Source of the DNA: an uncultured Chloroflexia bacterium
Lineage (GTDB): Bacteria; Chloroflexota; Anaerolineae; JAAYZQ01
Direction: 5' to 3'
Length of the DNA: 64,000 bases
Assembly: GCA_963749455.1 (NCBI GenBank)
Contig: CAVVMX010000006.1
Span: forward strand, 27,060 to 91,059
Part shown: one piece after another, positions 1 to 10,442 of the stretch
How positions within the stretch are numbered: the first letter of the stretch is position 1
How the letters are laid out: the number at the start of each line of letters is the position of its first letter
Program-made: the position numbers and the translations under genes
The notes under the pieces: model-generated
Databases searched by the model: none
What the model saw: the letters and a program-made list of their open reading frames with translations, nothing else
Told to the model about the DNA's origin: nothing

Positions 1-390
1 TGGCCGATGCCAATACCCCCGGAGGCGCGAGCTGCCTACCTGAGCGTGGTCTACTCAGGAACACGGCACCTGGAGACGGCGGGGAAGGAGACGTTGAGCC
101 TTCAGGAGAGCATCGCCGCGGTGCGCGACCGGCAGATTGGGTCGCTGGGCGATATCCCGCTGACTGTGATTTCGGCGGGGCAGCCGGCGATCTCCGCAGG
201 ACATGGGATCTCTGCAGCGGATGCCGAGCGAATGAAGGCGGTGCAGGATGATCTGCATGCCGAGCTGGCCGCGTTGTCCACAAGGGGAAAACGGGTGATT
301 GCCCAAGAAAGCGGGCATTACGTGCAGGTCAGCCAGCCAGAGGTGGTGGTCGACGCTATTCGCGAGGTGGTCGAGGCGGCGCGGCGCTAA
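1..390 (+). CDS. alpha/beta-hydrolase fold protein, C-terminal fragment (5' end lies outside the window)
   Basis: ORF 7..390 stays open back to position 1. The C-terminus ...ESGHYVQVSQPEVVVDAI... resembles the catalytic-His/C-terminal region of alpha/beta hydrolases. Confidence 0.45.
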   Translation, partial: WPMPIPPEARAAYLSVVYSGTRHLETAGKETLSLQESIAAVRDRQIGSLGDIPLTVISAGQPAISAGHGISAADAERMKAVQDDLHAELAALSTRGKRVIAQESGHYVQVSQPEVVVDAIREVVEAARR

Positions 391-436
391 ACAGCGAGTC
401 GTCCCTGCGAGGCCGTATTGCCGGCTGTTGACCGCC

Positions 437-465
437 TTGACGTCTGCCAATTCCGGTGGTATAAT
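437..465 (+). promoter_or_regulatory. sigma70-type promoter TTGACG-17nt-TATAAT
   Basis: TTGACG lies at 437-442, a 17-nt spacer follows, and TATAAT lies at 460-465. The in-frame GTG at 472 sits 7 nt after the -10 element, so a leaderless transcript is predicted. Confidence 0.45.
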
Positions 466-471
466 AGCCCT

Positions 472-3063
472 GTGAGCGGGGCGAACAAACGGGCAGTTCA
501 CGTCGGGCTGAACGCCCATCTTTTATCTTTGGGCAGTGACTACCGCAGTGCAGGGATCACCTGGTACATCTATAATCTGCTTACCCATTTGCCAGGGATA
601 GATCCAGAGATCCACTGCACGGCTTTTTTGAGCGAGAAGCGCTACCGGGGATCGCCGCCGCTTGAGCTAGAGCTGTCGCGCCTGCCGACTCGCCGGCCGG
701 CGATGCGTATTGTTTGGGAACAACTGGTCCAGCCGTCAGCCGCGCGCCGCGCCGGGCTCGACCTGCTCCATGGCATGGCATTTGTCGGGCCGCTTGGCAG
801 TGGCTGCCCTTTCGTCGTCACGATTCACGATCTGAGCTTTCTGTTCTATCCGCAGAGTTTCCGGCCACTGAACCGGCTTTATTTAAAGCTCTTTGCCCGG
901 CTGTCGGCACGGCGGGCGCGGCGGGTGATCACCGTATCGGAGAGTACCAAGCGCGCCGCAGTAGAGCAGTACGGCATCAGCCCGGAAAAGGTGGACGTGG
1001 TTCACAACGGGGTGGACCCGGCATTTCGTCCCTTGCCGGCCGACCGGGTGTCTGCATTTAGGGCAGAGCGAGGTCTGCCGGAGCGATTCGTCCTTTTTGT
1101 CGGCACGTTAGAGCCGCGCAAGAATATAGTCAGGCTGATACAAGCCTATGCCCAGTTGCCAGGCGCTCGCCCGCCGTTGTTCTTTGTTGGGGGTAAAGGC
1201 TGGTTTTACGACGAGATATTCGCGCTCGTCGAGCGGCTGAATCTGGGGGCCGAGGTGCATTTCGTAGGTTACGTTTCTGCCGACGATCTGCCGTGGTGGT
1301 ACAATGCAGCCCAGGTGTTTGTCTATCCGTCCTTGTACGAAGGGTTCGGGCTGCCGCCGCTGGAGGCAATGGCTTGTGGCACGCCGGTCGTCACCTCCAC
1401 CGCCTCTTCCTTGCCTGAGGTTGTGGGCCGAGCCGGCCTTCTGGTTGACCCGACCGATACCGAGGGGTTGGCTGCGGCCATGGAGCAATGCCTGGCCGAT
1501 GCGGACCTGCGGGCGCGGATGAGGGCAATGGGATTGGCGCGGGCAGCAGGTTTCTCCTGGCGAGAAACCGCCCGGCGCACCGTAGACAGCTACCGGCGGG
1601 CGGTGATGTCCCCCGGGGAGGGAGGCGCAAGGGTGTTTGAGCGATACAGACGGCTCCTGTCCATCACCATTGCCGTAGCGGACGTCGTGCTGATTAACCT
1701 GGCTGTGGCTCTGGCTTATTGGCTGCGCTATGGCCTGCAGTGGTTTGCCACGGTGGATGTGGCCTACATGGTCTCCTATCGAGCCTTCATCCCCATTTCG
1801 ATAGGTCTGACGGTGCTGTTCCTCATCATCTACAAGCTAAACGGCGTCTACGATCAACCCCGGGGCGCCTCCTGGTTTAGCGAGGTCTATCGGATCGTGG
1901 CCGGGACCGCGATCGGTATCATCTTGGCCGTGTTTGTCATTGTCATCTTCTTCCGCCCATTCCTCTATTCCCGGCTGGTTTTCTTCTATGCCGGTGTGTT
2001 GATCAGTGTCCTGCTCGTGATGAGCCGCCTGGTTCAGCGGATGGTGCGTGACCGGCTGCGGAGAAAAGGGCTGGGGGTCGATCGTGTTTTGGTCGTCGGC
2101 GGTGGTGAGGTGGGCCGGGCCGTCATGCGTAACACCGTCGCTGAAGAGACGCTTGGTTATCACGTTGTCGGCTTTGTGGATGACGATCCAGAGAAGGGCG
2201 CCACCGATATCGGCCGGTTCAAGGCCTTGGGAGAAACTGCTAACCTGCCACGTCTTATCAAAGAGCTGGCTGTTGACGACGTGATTATCACCTTGCCCTG
2301 GATGTACCACCGCAAGATCGTCAGCATCATCGCTCAATGCGAACGGGAAAAAGTTCGAGTCCGAATCGTCCCCGACATCTTCCAGATGACCCTGAGCCGT
2401 CTACACATAGAAGACCTGGCCGGCATTCCGATGATCGGTATCCAGGAACGGTCGATCAAGGGCGGGCATCTGGTTCTCAAGCGGGCGACGGATATTGTGT
2501 TGTCGTTGCTGCTTCTGCTCCTGCTTTGTCCGATTTTCCTGTTGATCGCTGTTGCGATCAAGCTTGATTCGCCGGGTCCGGTCATTCTACGGCAGATCCG
2601 GGTGGGCAAAGGCGAGCAGCTTTTCACCTGCTTCAAGTTTCGCTCAATGCGCGACCGCGCAGACGAGGAAAAGGCGCAGTTGTTGGATCGCAACGAGGCA
2701 AATGGTGCGTGGTTCAAGATGCGGAACGATCCGCGCGTCACGAAGGTGGGCCGCATTCTGCGACGCACCAGCATGGACGAATTGCCTCAATTCGTCAATG
2801 TGCTGATGGGACATATGAGCATTGTGGGACCTCGGCCGGCGATTCCTGCGGAGGTGCAGCGCTATCAGCCCTGGCACAGGAGGCGGCTGGAGGTGGCGCC
2901 GGGCCTCACCGGTTTGTGGCAGGTGTCGGGACGCAGCAATCTGACCTTTGATGAGGCGGTGCTGCTCGATCTGTACTACATCGAGAATTGGTCGCTGCTA
3001 TTGGACATGCAGCTCATGCTCAGGACTGTGCCCAAAGTGGTTTCAGGCGAGGGCGCTTACTGA
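472..3063 (+). CDS. tri-domain fusion: GT4-family glycosyltransferase (N), CoA-binding/Rossmann linker, bacterial sugar transferase (polyprenyl-phosphate glycosyl-1-phosphate transferase, WbaP/PglC-like) (C)
   Basis: The N-terminal half has GT4 motifs ([23 protein letters not shown]). The middle has several TM helices and [13 protein letters not shown]. The C-terminal region has [13 protein letters not shown]...DELPQF...GPRP...[21 protein letters not shown], typical of Pfam Bac_transf. The start is set at GTG 472 (the ORF opens at 418). Confidence 0.8.
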   Translation: MSGANKRAVHVGLNAHLLSLGSDYRSAGITWYIYNLLTHLPGIDPEIHCTAFLSEKRYRGSPPLELELSRLPTRRPAMRIVWEQLVQPSAARRAGLDLLHGMAFVGPLGSGCPFVVTIHDLSFLFYPQSFRPLNRLYLKLFARLSARRARRVITVSESTKRAAVEQYGISPEKVDVVHNGVDPAFRPLPADRVSAFRAERGLPERFVLFVGTLEPRKNIVRLIQAYAQLPGARPPLFFVGGKGWFYDEIFALVERLNLGAEVHFVGYVSADDLPWWYNAAQVFVYPSLYEGFGLPPLEAMACGTPVVTSTASSLPEVVGRAGLLVDPTDTEGLAAAMEQCLADADLRARMRAMGLARAAGFSWRETARRTVDSYRRAVMSPGEGGARVFERYRRLLSITIAVADVVLINLAVALAYWLRYGLQWFATVDVAYMVSYRAFIPISIGLTVLFLIIYKLNGVYDQPRGASWFSEVYRIVAGTAIGIILAVFVIVIFFRPFLYSRLVFFYAGVLISVLLVMSRLVQRMVRDRLRRKGLGVDRVLVVGGGEVGRAVMRNTVAEETLGYHVVGFVDDDPEKGATDIGRFKALGETANLPRLIKELAVDDVIITLPWMYHRKIVSIIAQCEREKVRVRIVPDIFQMTLSRLHIEDLAGIPMIGIQERSIKGGHLVLKRATDIVLSLLLLLLLCPIFLLIAVAIKLDSPGPVILRQIRVGKGEQLFTCFKFRSMRDRADEEKAQLLDRNEANGAWFKMRNDPRVTKVGRILRRTSMDELPQFVNVLMGHMSIVGPRPAIPAEVQRYQPWHRRRLEVAPGLTGLWQVSGRSNLTFDEAVLLDLYYIENWSLLLDMQLMLRTVPKVVSGEGAY

Positions 3064-4220
3064 CCAGCCTCTGCCAGCCGTCCCATCTCCACGCGCCACA
3101 GCCGGCAGCCCTGCAGAAAAACCGGCGACAAGGCCTGCAAATCGGTGGTAGTGATGATCGCCTGCTGCTGCCCGTTATCCACCCGCTGCAACAGGAACTG
3201 ACGCCGGTGCGCGTCAAGCTCGGATAGCACATCGTCCAACAACAGAACCGGATAGTCCCCGGTCTCGTTGTGCATTAGCTCAACCTCGGCCAGTTTGAGG
3301 GCCAGCACTGCCGTCCGCTGTTGACCGCGTGAGCCATAAACCCCAGCGTCAATGTCGTCGATCGCGAATCGCATCTCGTCCCGGTGCGGGCCGGCCAGTG
3401 TCATCCCGGCAGCGGTTTCCCGCTGGCGCAGAGATAGGAGCTGGGCCTGGTAAGCCGCCTGTACCTCGGCGACTGCCAAACGCCTTGGCTCACCGAGGTC
3501 CACGCTCGGCATGTAACGAAGGTGGAGATGTTCTGAGCCATCGGTCAGTTGGCCGTGGATTGCTTGGGCACGCTCATCCAGGGCATCGATCGCCTCTCGC
3601 CGCCGGGTGATGAGGAGCGCGCCATGCTCCACCAGCCGTTCGTTCCAGAAGACCAACTGTGCCGGGTCTCCACCTCGCTCACCCATGTCGCGGAGCAGGG
3701 CATTGCGCTGGGTGACGATCTGATTGTAGCCGGCCAACGTGCGGCAGTAGTGGGGGTCGATCTGGCACAACATCGCGTCTAGGTAGCGGCGCCGCAAACT
3801 GGGCGAGCCAGACACCAGGTTGACATCCTCGGGCACAAAGAGGACCACGTTCAGGTGGCCTAGCAGGTCCATGGCCCGCTTGTTGACGCCGTTCAGGCGC
3901 ACCTGTTTCTGATAGCGCGATCCATTCTCGGCCTGTTGGCTGACGGTGATCTCGAGCAGCACGCTGTTGTCGCCCCGCGCCACCCGGCCTACCAGACGGG
4001 TGTAGGGCAGTGGTTCCTGCTCGAGGCTCAGCCAGTTGACCAGCTCGCGGTCGGTGCCGGTGTAGGGCGAGCGGCTTGTGGCCAGGTAGTAGATCGCCTC
4101 CAGTAGATTGGTCTTGCCCTGGGCGTTGTCGCCGAGCAGCACCATGACGCCCGGCGGCAGGTCGAGCTCCAGCCGGACATAGTTTCGGAAATTGTACAAC
4201 GACAGATGGGCTAGGCGCAC
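3057..4220 (-). CDS. recF: DNA replication and repair protein RecF
   Basis: N-terminus MRLAHLSLYNFRNY...LLGDNAQGKTNLLEAIYYLA (Walker A) and an SMC-like C-terminal region; 387 aa. Confidence 0.9.
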   Translation of the reverse strand: MRLAHLSLYNFRNYVRLELDLPPGVMVLLGDNAQGKTNLLEAIYYLATSRSPYTGTDRELVNWLSLEQEPLPYTRLVGRVARGDNSVLLEITVSQQAENGSRYQKQVRLNGVNKRAMDLLGHLNVVLFVPEDVNLVSGSPSLRRRYLDAMLCQIDPHYCRTLAGYNQIVTQRNALLRDMGERGGDPAQLVFWNERLVEHGALLITRRREAIDALDERAQAIHGQLTDGSEHLHLRYMPSVDLGEPRRLAVAEVQAAYQAQLLSLRQRETAAGMTLAGPHRDEMRFAIDDIDAGVYGSRGQQRTAVLALKLAEVELMHNETGDYPVLLLDDVLSELDAHRRQFLLQRVDNGQQQAIITTTDLQALSPVFLQGCRLWRVEMGRLAEAGQ

Positions 4221-4285
4221 GAGGGCTATTATAACACACCTGTTTCCCTCCCCGCAAAGCGGGATCTACGGAAAACAGGTACAAG

Positions 4286-4314
4286 TTGCCGCAAAGAGAA
4301 GGGTGGGGTATAAT
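4286..4314 (+). promoter_or_regulatory. sigma70-type promoter TTGCCG-17-TATAAT
   Basis: TTGCCG at 4286-4291 and TATAAT at 4309-4314. The in-frame ATG at 4322 sits 7 nt downstream, so the transcript is predicted to be leaderless or near-leaderless. Confidence 0.4.
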
Positions 4315-4321
4315 CGGACTG

Positions 4322-5500
4322 ATGCAGACCTATCGACTTCTGAGGCGTTTGCGTCCCTTGGTACAGGCCGGCGTCTTGTTGCTGTTCCTGTATCTTCTTC
4401 TGGTGACCCGCCGGGATTCGAGCCCGTTCTTGCCCGTCCAGCTCTTTTTCCGCCTCGATCCACTGGTCGGGTTGGCGAGCATGGTCGCCGCACGGGCGTG
4501 GATCGGCCCGTTGGCATTGTCGCTCCTGACACTGGCCGTGACCCTGATCCTGGGCCGGGTCTGGTGCGGCTGGCTGTGCCCGTTGGGCACGGTGCTTGAC
4601 CTGTTTCCGCTCGGCAGGAAGAGAAAGCGAGCAGACTCGTCCCCGACCACGCGTTGGCGGCAGGTGAAGCATTTCATTCTGCTGGCGCTCCTGTTTGGGG
4701 CGCTGCTGGGCAGCCTGGGGTTGGCATTCCTGGATCCGATTACCCTGCTGACCCGGACTCTGGCGGTCGGCCTCCTACCGGCGCTCAACATCGGCATCGG
4801 CGCGCTGGAAAAACTGCTCTATTCGGCGCCGTTTCTGCAAGCCCCGGTGGAATGGTTTGAGGTGCACATCCGGGCGCCGTGGCTGCCTGCGGGCCAGCCG
4901 TTTTACTGGCCTAACCTGGTACTGATCGCCGCCCTCGTCGTCATGATCGCCCTCAACCGCGTCGCCGAGCGTTTTTGGTGCCGCTACCTGTGCCCGCTTG
5001 GGGGTCTGCTGGGACTGGCGTCGAAAGTGGCGTTGGTGCGCCGGACCGTGGGAAGCGCCTGCAGCGGCTGCCAACGTTGCGCCCGATCCTGTCCCACCGG
5101 TACGATCGATCCGGCGCGGGGTTTTGCCAGCGACCCGGCGGAATGTACGGTATGCCTTGATTGCGTTGTGACCTGCCCCAAAGACGATGTGCGGTTCACG
5201 GTGCACACCCAGCCGGCCGCCTGGCAACGGTACGATCCATCACGGCGCCAGGCGATGGCTTCGCTGGCGTTGGGGGCCGGGGGAGTAGCGCTGCTCCGAA
5301 TGGCGCCACGCGATTGGCAGGTGACCGACTACCCTGGTCCGGCCGCCAGGCGCGCAGCAGGATCAGTTTTGGGCCAGGTGCATCCGCTGCGGGGAGTGCA
5401 TGAAGGTGTGCCCCACCTCTGGGCTGCAGCCGGCGCTGTGGCAGGCCGGCCCAGAGGGGGTATGGACACCGGTGCTGGTGCCGAGGACCGGTTATTGTGA
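4322..5500 (+). CDS. polytopic membrane 4Fe-4S ferredoxin-type protein (NapH/MauN-like), N-terminal segment before an apparent frameshift
   Basis: Several TM helices are followed by CxxCxxCxxxCP motifs (CSGCQRCARSCP, CTVCLDCVVTCP). The last ~50 codons of this ORF look non-coding (Ala/Gly/Arg-rich), and coding continues in another frame from ~5400. Confidence 0.6.
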   Translation: MQTYRLLRRLRPLVQAGVLLLFLYLLLVTRRDSSPFLPVQLFFRLDPLVGLASMVAARAWIGPLALSLLTLAVTLILGRVWCGWLCPLGTVLDLFPLGRKRKRADSSPTTRWRQVKHFILLALLFGALLGSLGLAFLDPITLLTRTLAVGLLPALNIGIGALEKLLYSAPFLQAPVEWFEVHIRAPWLPAGQPFYWPNLVLIAALVVMIALNRVAERFWCRYLCPLGGLLGLASKVALVRRTVGSACSGCQRCARSCPTGTIDPARGFASDPAECTVCLDCVVTCPKDDVRFTVHTQPAAWQRYDPSRRQAMASLALGAGGVALLRMAPRDWQVTDYPGPAARRAAGSVLGQVHPLRGVHEGVPHLWAAAGAVAGRPRGGMDTGAGAEDRLL

Positions 5501-5847
5501 CTATTCCTGCCACAGTTGCGGCCAGGTGTGCCCGACCGGCGCAATCCGGCCGCTGACGCTGGGGGAAAAGCGGCTGGTGGTGATTGGTGAGGCAGCAGTG
5601 AATCGCGATCGCTGCCTGCCATGGGCCCAGGCTACACCATGCATCGTGTGCGAGGAGATGTGCCCCGTGCCGGAAAAGGCGATCGAGCTGGAAGAGGCCG
5701 AGGTGACCGACGCCGCAGGCCAGCCGCTGGTCGTGCAGCGGCCTCACGTGATCGCCGAACGGTGCATCGGCTGTGGCATTTGCGAGTTCAAGTGCCCCGT
5801 GGACGGGGCAGCGGCGATTCGGGTGATGCGCCCCAGGGCTTGGGAAA

Positions 5848-6615
<768 letters not shown>

Positions 6616-6676
6616 GATTCCACCTCAATAATGGAGTGTGTTTATGATAACACCGCGGGCGACTTCTGTCAAAAGG

Positions 6677-7657
6677 CTACTTCCTGCCTGCCAGCAGCCC
6701 TTCGATGTACTCGTCCGTCACCCTTCTTGCTGCCTGGATGGTCCGGCGCCTGCCCATCATCCGGGGCCACCCGAGAAACCCGGCGAGTTGGCCGCGCAGT
6801 CTGGCCCGCGCCGCCCGGCCGCGCCAGGCCCGCAGAGCGTCATGACTGACGGCCCACTGGGCGCGCAGGATACGCGCCCAATATCTACGCAGTAAGACGC
6901 CGGGGTAGTTCTTGGCAATCACCCACAGGGTATTTCGCCCGGTGTAGTAGCTGGCAACAGGGCCGGCGCCGGAGGCGCTCAACTTGTGGTAGACCACTGC
7001 CTCGGGCGTGTACCAGCATTTCCAGCCGGCGAGCTGCGAGCGCCAGTTGAGGTCCACGTCTTCGCAGTACATAAAGAACGATTCGTCAAAGAGGCCCACC
7101 TGGTCAAGCATGGCCCGCCGGTAGGCAACTGCCCCGCCGCAGCCGCCAAAAACCCAACCAGGCCGGTCAAACTGGCCCTCGTCACGCTGCCAAACACCAC
7201 GGTTGAAGGGGATGCCGTCCACGCCATAGCCGTCGCCGGCCGAGTGGAGGGTATCGCGCCGGTCAAACAGGCGCAGCTTGGCGGTGGCCATACCGGCCTC
7301 CGGGTGGTCCAGAAGGGCCGTGACCAACGACTCGACAAAGCCGGGCTCGGCTTCGGTGTCGTTGTTGAGCGAGATGAGGATCTCGCCCTGGGCGGAGCGA
7401 AAGCCCAAGTTGTTGCCGCCGGTCAGGCCGAGATTCCGGTCGAGAGCCAGCAGGCGCACTTTTGGATGCTCGCGGGTTATGTAGTCCTGCGAGCCGTCGC
7501 CAGAACCGTTGTCGACAACCAAGACCTCCAGGTGAGGGTAGGTTTGCGCCCGGAGGGCGGCCAAGCAGGTGGGGAGGTGGGCCAGCCCATTCCAGTTGGG
7601 AATGACGACCGAGACCAGTCCCCTGACGGGGATCTTCGTCGGGTTAGGCGCTGTCAC
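6677..7657 (-). CDS. family 2 glycosyltransferase
   Basis: VSVVIPNWNG...LEVLVVDNGSGDGS and a DxD-type region. It overlaps the upstream rfbD stop by 14 nt. Confidence 0.8.
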   Translation of the reverse strand: MTAPNPTKIPVRGLVSVVIPNWNGLAHLPTCLAALRAQTYPHLEVLVVDNGSGDGSQDYITREHPKVRLLALDRNLGLTGGNNLGFRSAQGEILISLNNDTEAEPGFVESLVTALLDHPEAGMATAKLRLFDRRDTLHSAGDGYGVDGIPFNRGVWQRDEGQFDRPGWVFGGCGGAVAYRRAMLDQVGLFDESFFMYCEDVDLNWRSQLAGWKCWYTPEAVVYHKLSASGAGPVASYYTGRNTLWVIAKNYPGVLLRRYWARILRAQWAVSHDALRAWRGRAARARLRGQLAGFLGWPRMMGRRRTIQAARRVTDEYIEGLLAGRK

Positions 7658-8480
7658 CGGCGAAATACTCCTGTAGTCCTTCTTGCCAGGGCCGGAGGGT
7701 GATGCCCAACGCTGCCCCGGAAAAGTTCACCAGGGGCGCGTAGAGGGGTGGCGGTGCCGGGCGTGGCCATTGGTCGGTAGTGATCGGCTCGACCGGCATA
7801 TTGCCGCGGCCCGCGAGCCTCAAGATCTCGCAAGCCCAGTCGTAGCGCGAGCAAATGCCACTGTTGGTAAAATGGTAGATGCCGTAGTGACCGGTCGGAA
7901 TCAGCCGGGAGATGGCCTGGACCAGGTCGGGGGCATATGTGGGTGAGCTGACCTCGTCGGTTACGATCCGCAGTGCACCGAGCCGGTCGGCTGCGGCCAG
8001 TATCTTGGTCACAAAGTTGCTGCCGCCCCGGGCGTACAGCCAGGCAGTGCGGACGATGTAAAAGTGGTGAAGCAGGGTCCGAACGTAGAACTCGGCGGCA
8101 GCCTTGGAACGGGCATACACGCTCTTGGGCGCCGGCGTGTCCCACTCGTAGTAAGGGCGCCCTAGTGTCCCGTCGAAAACCTCGTTCGTGCTGATGTGGA
8201 CCATGGCTGCCCCACTCTGTCCGCAGGCCAGGGCTATGTGATGGGTGCCCAGAACGTTGACCCGGAAGGCGGCCTCTGGATCTCGCTCGCAGGCATCAAC
8301 GTTGGTCATGGCGGCGGCATGGATCACGACGTCTGGCTGAAACCCAACCACTATTTGGACACAGGCCGGATCGGTCATGTCCCACTCGGGCAGATCGAGG
8401 CCAAGAAGCTGTTCTTTGGACAGCGTGCGCTGCAGCGCCTGGCCCAATTGACCCTTGCAGCCGGTGATTACGATGCGCAT
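7644..8480 (-). CDS. rfbD: dTDP-4-dehydrorhamnose reductase (RmlD/RfbD substrate-binding family)
   Basis: MRIVITGCKGQLG...VIHAAAMTNVDACE... short-chain RmlD-like architecture; 278 aa. No rmlABC genes are in the window. Confidence 0.7.
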   Translation of the reverse strand: MRIVITGCKGQLGQALQRTLSKEQLLGLDLPEWDMTDPACVQIVVGFQPDVVIHAAAMTNVDACERDPEAAFRVNVLGTHHIALACGQSGAAMVHISTNEVFDGTLGRPYYEWDTPAPKSVYARSKAAAEFYVRTLLHHFYIVRTAWLYARGGSNFVTKILAAADRLGALRIVTDEVSSPTYAPDLVQAISRLIPTGHYGIYHFTNSGICSRYDWACEILRLAGRGNMPVEPITTDQWPRPAPPPLYAPLVNFSGAALGITLRPWQEGLQEYFAGDSA

Positions 8481-8506
8481 GGCGGACTCCTGCTTCGGAC
8501 AGAATG

Positions 8507-10411
8507 TCAGGGCACCCAGGACAGGCGCTCATTCACGGCGTCTGGGTAGGCGTCGCCGGTGGTGAGCACCTTCTGAACCCGGCCGGACTGGACATCGATG
8601 ATATAGATGGCCCACCTGCCCTCACGGTTGGAAAGGAAGGCCAGTTTCTTGCCGTCAGGCGACCAGGTCGGGGCCACGTCGACGGCACGGTTGTCGGTCA
8701 GCCGTGTCTCTTTGCCACCGGAAGCGTCGATCACATACAATTCCCAGTTGCCGGAACGGGCAGAGATAAAGGCCACTCGCTTGCCGTCGGGTGACCAGGC
8801 CGGGGCCGTATCGCTGGGGTCGGTCGTCAGGCGGGCCGGACTAAAGCCACCAGCCTTCATCACCCACACACCGCACTCGTCGCCGCGCTCGTTGCAGCCA
8901 TGGTAGGCGACCAGGGCGGCGCCGTCCGCAGAGGCTACAGGCGACCAGGCCGGCATCTGGCCAAAGGCCCACTGTTCACCTTCGCCCCGGACCGCACCCG
9001 GCGAGATGACATAGATGCGCCACTTGCCATCGCCATACTTGTCGGAAGCAAAGACAAGCTGGTTTTTGTCGAACGACCAGGCCGGCGTCGAATCTTCTGG
9101 ATGGACGGTCACCTGGTTGATCTCTTTGCTGTCCAGGTTCAGGACACTCAGCCCCAGATAGGATGAGTGGGTGCCGCGGAAAGCCAGCTGCCGGCCGCCA
9201 GGGGCCAAGGCCGGTTGGCCGGCGTTCTCCTGCACCAGCGTAACAGCCCCTCGGGACAGATCCACCACAAAGACGTCGTAGCGTTGGTGTATGGCGTCGT
9301 AGCCGGTATAGGCGATCCGCCCCTGACCCGGCGAGGTGGTTGCCAGGCCGGGTATCGCTGTGGCCACGACTGTGCCGGTTGCCGCCACTGCTGTGCTCGT
9401 AGCCGTGGGCCGGGGCTGCGATGTGGGGGTAGGAGGCGGGGCTTCGGCCGTGGCCTGGCACCTGAATGCGGCGTCGTCACGCTTGTCCACAGTCTCTTCC
9501 AGAGACAGGGTCGAGACTGCCGCTGCATATTCCTCGGACGCAGCACACCAGTCGCCCTGCGCGGAATAGGCCTGGGCCAGGTAACCGTGGGCATCGTGGA
9601 GCCGGATACGGACATCCCTGTAGCCGGGAGCCAGCGCATAAAGGCCTTTGAGCGCCTGTATCGTGGCCGGCCAATTCTGGTCCCAATTACTCAACGCTGC
9701 TTTGTACAGGTTTACCAGGTTCAATTGGTCCCGGGCGTTGCCGTCGTCCGGCTTGAGGGCGAGTACTGCCTCAAAGTGCTGGCCAGCTTCATCGAGCCGG
9801 TCTCCTCGTACGGCATCCAGACCCAGTTGGTAGTGAGCCGTGGTCAACATGGTCTCAACGTTCTGGCGCTGGTAGTTACCGTCGAGGCCATGGAGCTCGT
9901 CGAGTGCCGTTAGGGCGTCGGCCAGCTTGCCACTCTCATAGGCGGTCACTGCTTGCTGGTATAACAGGGCCGCGGCATCCTGGCGGGCTTCCGACGTGGG
10001 CGTTACCTGCGCCCGGGCCCTGGTCTCGGCTTCTTGCAGTTGGGTCTCAGCCTCGACCAGGCTAGGGTCGTAACGCAATGCCAGCTCCAATTCGGCAACA
10101 GCCAGCTCATACTCGCCCGCGTCCAGGTGAGCGATTCCCAAAGCGTAATGATCCCGCGCAGTCTGCTGGTTGGCTATCCCCCGGTCTTTCAGACCATCGT
10201 AGACGGCTTTTGCGCCCAATAGTACCAGATAGACGGCCACCAGAACTGCCACCAGAGCGGCAAGGAGCGTCCACAGCCATGCTCGCGGCCGGCGTCCAGG
10301 AGCATATTCGTCTGCTTCTTCCAGCCCTACTACGGGGGGGAGGACATACGGCACCGGGATCTCGTCCATGCCGGCCTTGATCTTTCGTCGCTTTCGGAAC
10401 ATTACTGTCAA
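8507..10411 (-). CDS. membrane-anchored TPR-repeat plus TolB-like (PD40) beta-propeller protein
   Basis: A single N-terminal TM helix, then TPR-like repeats, a Pro/Thr-rich linker, and repeated PD40-type blades (...SPDGKRVAF..., ...SPDGKKLAF...). Confidence 0.7.
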   Translation of the reverse strand: MTVMFRKRRKIKAGMDEIPVPYVLPPVVGLEEADEYAPGRRPRAWLWTLLAALVAVLVAVYLVLLGAKAVYDGLKDRGIANQQTARDHYALGIAHLDAGEYELAVAELELALRYDPSLVEAETQLQEAETRARAQVTPTSEARQDAAALLYQQAVTAYESGKLADALTALDELHGLDGNYQRQNVETMLTTAHYQLGLDAVRGDRLDEAGQHFEAVLALKPDDGNARDQLNLVNLYKAALSNWDQNWPATIQALKGLYALAPGYRDVRIRLHDAHGYLAQAYSAQGDWCAASEEYAAAVSTLSLEETVDKRDDAAFRCQATAEAPPPTPTSQPRPTATSTAVAATGTVVATAIPGLATTSPGQGRIAYTGYDAIHQRYDVFVVDLSRGAVTLVQENAGQPALAPGGRQLAFRGTHSSYLGLSVLNLDSKEINQVTVHPEDSTPAWSFDKNQLVFASDKYGDGKWRIYVISPGAVRGEGEQWAFGQMPAWSPVASADGAALVAYHGCNERGDECGVWVMKAGGFSPARLTTDPSDTAPAWSPDGKRVAFISARSGNWELYVIDASGGKETRLTDNRAVDVAPTWSPDGKKLAFLSNREGRWAIYIIDVQSGRVQKVLTTGDAYPDAVNERLSWVP

Positions 10412-10442
10412 GCTCGCGCTGTTGTTGGCAGCCGCACTGCAC

